Shown piece by piece: positions 62,014 through 64,000 of a stretch of 64,000 nt of DNA. How positions within the stretch are numbered: position 1 is the stretch's first letter; the number at the start of each line of letters is the position of its first letter. The stretch comes from Actinomycetes bacterium (GTDB lineage: Bacteria > Actinomycetota > Thermoleophilia > Solirubrobacterales > JACPNS01): positions 5,457 through 69,456 of the forward strand of contig JAEYBE010000026.1 of assembly GCA_023404495.1 (NCBI GenBank), in the 5' to 3' direction. Both the position numbers and the translations under genes were made by a program. The notes under the pieces are model-generated. The model saw only the letters and a program-made list of their open reading frames with translations. It ran no database searches and was not told the DNA's origin.

Positions 62014-63612
62014 CTATTGCGCTGGGACCGGCTCGTCGCCGGTGTCTTCCGCCGCATAGCCGGCCAGCGTGCGCTTCTCTTCATCGCGCTTGGGGAACAT
62101 CGTCGCAACCAACGCAGCCCCCAGCAACACCGCGACGATGCCGGCCATGTACGCCCAGTCCTGACCGTCGAGGAACGACTGCTTGGCGCCGGCGATGATT
62201 TGGCTTGCGTACTGCGGATACTGCTCTGCGGTATTCGCCGCGCTGCCGAACGACTTGGTCAGCTCTGACTGCACCGAGTCGGTGACCTTGCTCGCATTCG
62301 GCGACGCCGCGATCGCCGAATTCACCGCAGAGGCGTATCCGGCGGTGAGCAGCGCTCCCAGCAGTGACTGCATGATCGCGCCGCCCAGATCGCGCTGTAG
62401 GTCGGCCGTCGCCGAGGCCATGCCGGCGCGGCGTACAGGTACCGAGCCGGTCAGCGAGTGCGACGCCGGCGTGCCGGCGAATCCGACGCCGATGCCCATC
62501 AGCGCATAGCCAAGGCCGACCTTCCAATACGGGATGCCCTCGTTCCAGAGCAAAAGCATCGTGAGGAAGCCGAGCAGGCAGAAGAAGTACCCGATGAGCA
62601 GGGTGAAGCGGGCGCCGCGCGATTCAACCAATGCTGCCGAGCGCGGGGCGACGATCACCATCAGGAACGCGGCCGGCAGGATCGCGGCCCCCGCCTCGAA
62701 GGAGCTGTAGGAGAGCACGTTCTGCAGGAACTGCTGGCCGATGAACATCGCCGCCATCAGCGAGCCGAAGACGATGATTCCTGCGGTGGCCGCAACCCAG
62801 AAGATCCGCCGCGACGCCACCTCCATGTCGTAGAGCGGAACGGAGATCCGGCGCTGCCGGATGACGAAGGCGGCCGTGGCGGCAAGACCGATCAGCAGCA
62901 TTCCGACGGCGAGCGCGCCCCGACCTGGGACCGGCGCGAAGTTGAGTCCGAGCACGATCGCCGCGACCAACAAGATCGACATCAGGCCCGAGAGGTTGTC
63001 GACCGGTTCGGTCGATTCGTTGACGTGACTCGGGACGAGACGGATCGCGAGCACCAGCGCGATCAGCGCGAGCGGCAGCGTGATCAAAAAGACCGAGCCC
63101 CAGTCGAAGTGTTCGAGCAGCGCGCCGGAGGTGATCGGTCCCAGCGCGGAGATCGCACCGCCGATGCTCGACCAGAGGGCAATCGCCTTCGTGCGCGGCG
63201 GTCCCGCCCAGAGCGCCGTGATCAGCGAAAGCGTCGTCGGGAACGCCATGCCGGCGGCCAGGCCGCCGAGCACGCGGGCGAAGAAGAGCATCTCGACGCT
63301 GGTGCTGAACGCGGCGATCAGCGAGGCCGGGATCGCAACCGACGTTCCGATCACGAGCAGCATCTTGCGTCCGTAGCGGTCGCCGATCGCGCCCAGGTAG
63401 AGCACCGACGCCGCCAGGCCCAGGGAGTAGCCAACGGCGACGAGGTTGAGGCCAGTCTGTGAGGCGTCGAGGTCCTTGCCGATATCCGGAAGCGCGACGT
63501 TGGCTACGGCGAGATTGAGGTTGGCGACCGCGGCGACGAGAATCAGCGCCGTCAGCACCAGCCCGGCGCGCTTGGGTACGACCGCATTCTGCTCGATCGG
63601 TGCTGCGTTCAC
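62014..63612 (-). CDS. MFS drug:H+ antiporter, DHA2 family
   Basis: 532-aa ORF with a GTG start. NLNLAVANVALPDIG, GDRYGRKM, and about 14 hydrophobic segments. Confidence 0.8.
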   Translation of the reverse strand: MNAAPIEQNAVVPKRAGLVLTALILVAAVANLNLAVANVALPDIGKDLDASQTGLNLVAVGYSLGLAASVLYLGAIGDRYGRKMLLVIGTSVAIPASLIAAFSTSVEMLFFARVLGGLAAGMAFPTTLSLITALWAGPPRTKAIALWSSIGGAISALGPITSGALLEHFDWGSVFLITLPLALIALVLAIRLVPSHVNESTEPVDNLSGLMSILLVAAIVLGLNFAPVPGRGALAVGMLLIGLAATAAFVIRQRRISVPLYDMEVASRRIFWVAATAGIIVFGSLMAAMFIGQQFLQNVLSYSSFEAGAAILPAAFLMVIVAPRSAALVESRGARFTLLIGYFFCLLGFLTMLLLWNEGIPYWKVGLGYALMGIGVGFAGTPASHSLTGSVPVRRAGMASATADLQRDLGGAIMQSLLGALLTAGYASAVNSAIAASPNASKVTDSVQSELTKSFGSAANTAEQYPQYASQIIAGAKQSFLDGQDWAYMAGIVAVLLGAALVATMFPKRDEEKRTLAGYAAEDTGDEPVPAQ

Positions 63613-63641
63613 CGGCCAGAGAATACGCCGCCTGGCGGAGG

Positions 63642-64000
63642 TCAGGCGGTCGCCGTGGAAACCGGTTCGCGCGCGAGGCGCTCGGCCCGCTGTTTGATGC
63701 CGATCAGCATCTTGCTCTCCATGATCAGCGATCCAGGCATCATCGGCGCCATCGCGATCCGCGCGGCGAGCGTTGGGAGGCGAAAGCTGTTGCGGCTGAT
63801 CAATCGCGTCGCGCCGTCGGCCTCGACGATGATGAAGGCCCAGACCCAGTTGCCAGAAGCCTCTCGCCAGACAATCGTCCGCTGATCCTCAAGCACGGCT
63901 ATCTCCATCGTGTTCGCGCCGAACGAGATCGAGTCTCCGAGCCGCGGATTCTGGAACTCCTCGAGCACATGGTCGGCGCTGTGCATGTTCAGTCCGAAGA
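63642..64000 (-). CDS. SRPBCC-fold-like protein (tentative); 5' end probably beyond the right window edge
   Basis: ORF 63642..63986 stays open upstream to position 64000 (..FGLNMHSADHVLEEF..). Family assignment is weak. Confidence 0.4.
   Translation of the reverse strand, partial: FGLNMHSADHVLEEFQNPRLGDSISFGANTMEIAVLEDQRTIVWREASGNWVWAFIIVEADGATRLISRNSFRLPTLAARIAMAPMMPGSLIMESKMLIGIKQRAERLAREPVSTATA

Overview
GC-rich segment with strong GC3 bias and many long spurious antisense ORFs. It looks like the chromosome of an Actinomycetota-type bacterium: the initiator tRNA has a C1:U72 end, two loci resemble M. tuberculosis Rv3030-Rv3037c and Rv3679/Rv3680, and a PPOX/F420-type protein is present. 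The lineage cannot be fixed from sequence alone. I support about 63 protein genes, one tRNA-fMet, several hairpin terminators, one candidate sigma70-type promoter and three repeat tracts. I saw no rRNA, CRISPR array, integrase or prophage. Left third (1-21 kb): partial meaB; a methylglucose-lipopolysaccharide-like polysaccharide cluster (acetyltransferase, GT4, GH57, two methyltransferases); hisC; a DrrAB-like ABC exporter; ggt; a vapBC module; an orphan parA-like gene that overlaps an ftsZ with a long N-terminal extension; a divergent ArsA/Get3-like ATPase pair; and a co-directional sigA-pilT-hxlR-(804-aa unknown)-DUF5946 string. Middle (22-44 kb): a TPP enzyme; a REP-associated tyrosine-transposase-like gene next to four tandem palindromic units; ppx; a translationally coupled MBL-hydrolase / membrane AlkP-superfamily / AI-2E operon; an NhaA-DsbA fusion; a propeller-cytochrome c fusion; two tandem paralogous collagen-like secreted proteins; tRNA-fMet; a seven-repeat delta-60 propeller protein; and a NarL-type two-component system. 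Right third (44-64 kb): secreted hydrolases (PhoX/DUF839-like protein, esterase, GH3, two unrelated lipases) interleaved with AraC and three TetR regulators, then three MFS transporters and SHOCT/DUF6325 small proteins. The candidates I consider most novel are the parA-ftsZ coupling with a ParB-N-terminus-like peptide on FtsZ, the tandem Gln-rich collagen-like pair, and the RAYT plus REP-like array. All family calls rest on motifs read by eye and remembered family signatures. No database search was run.
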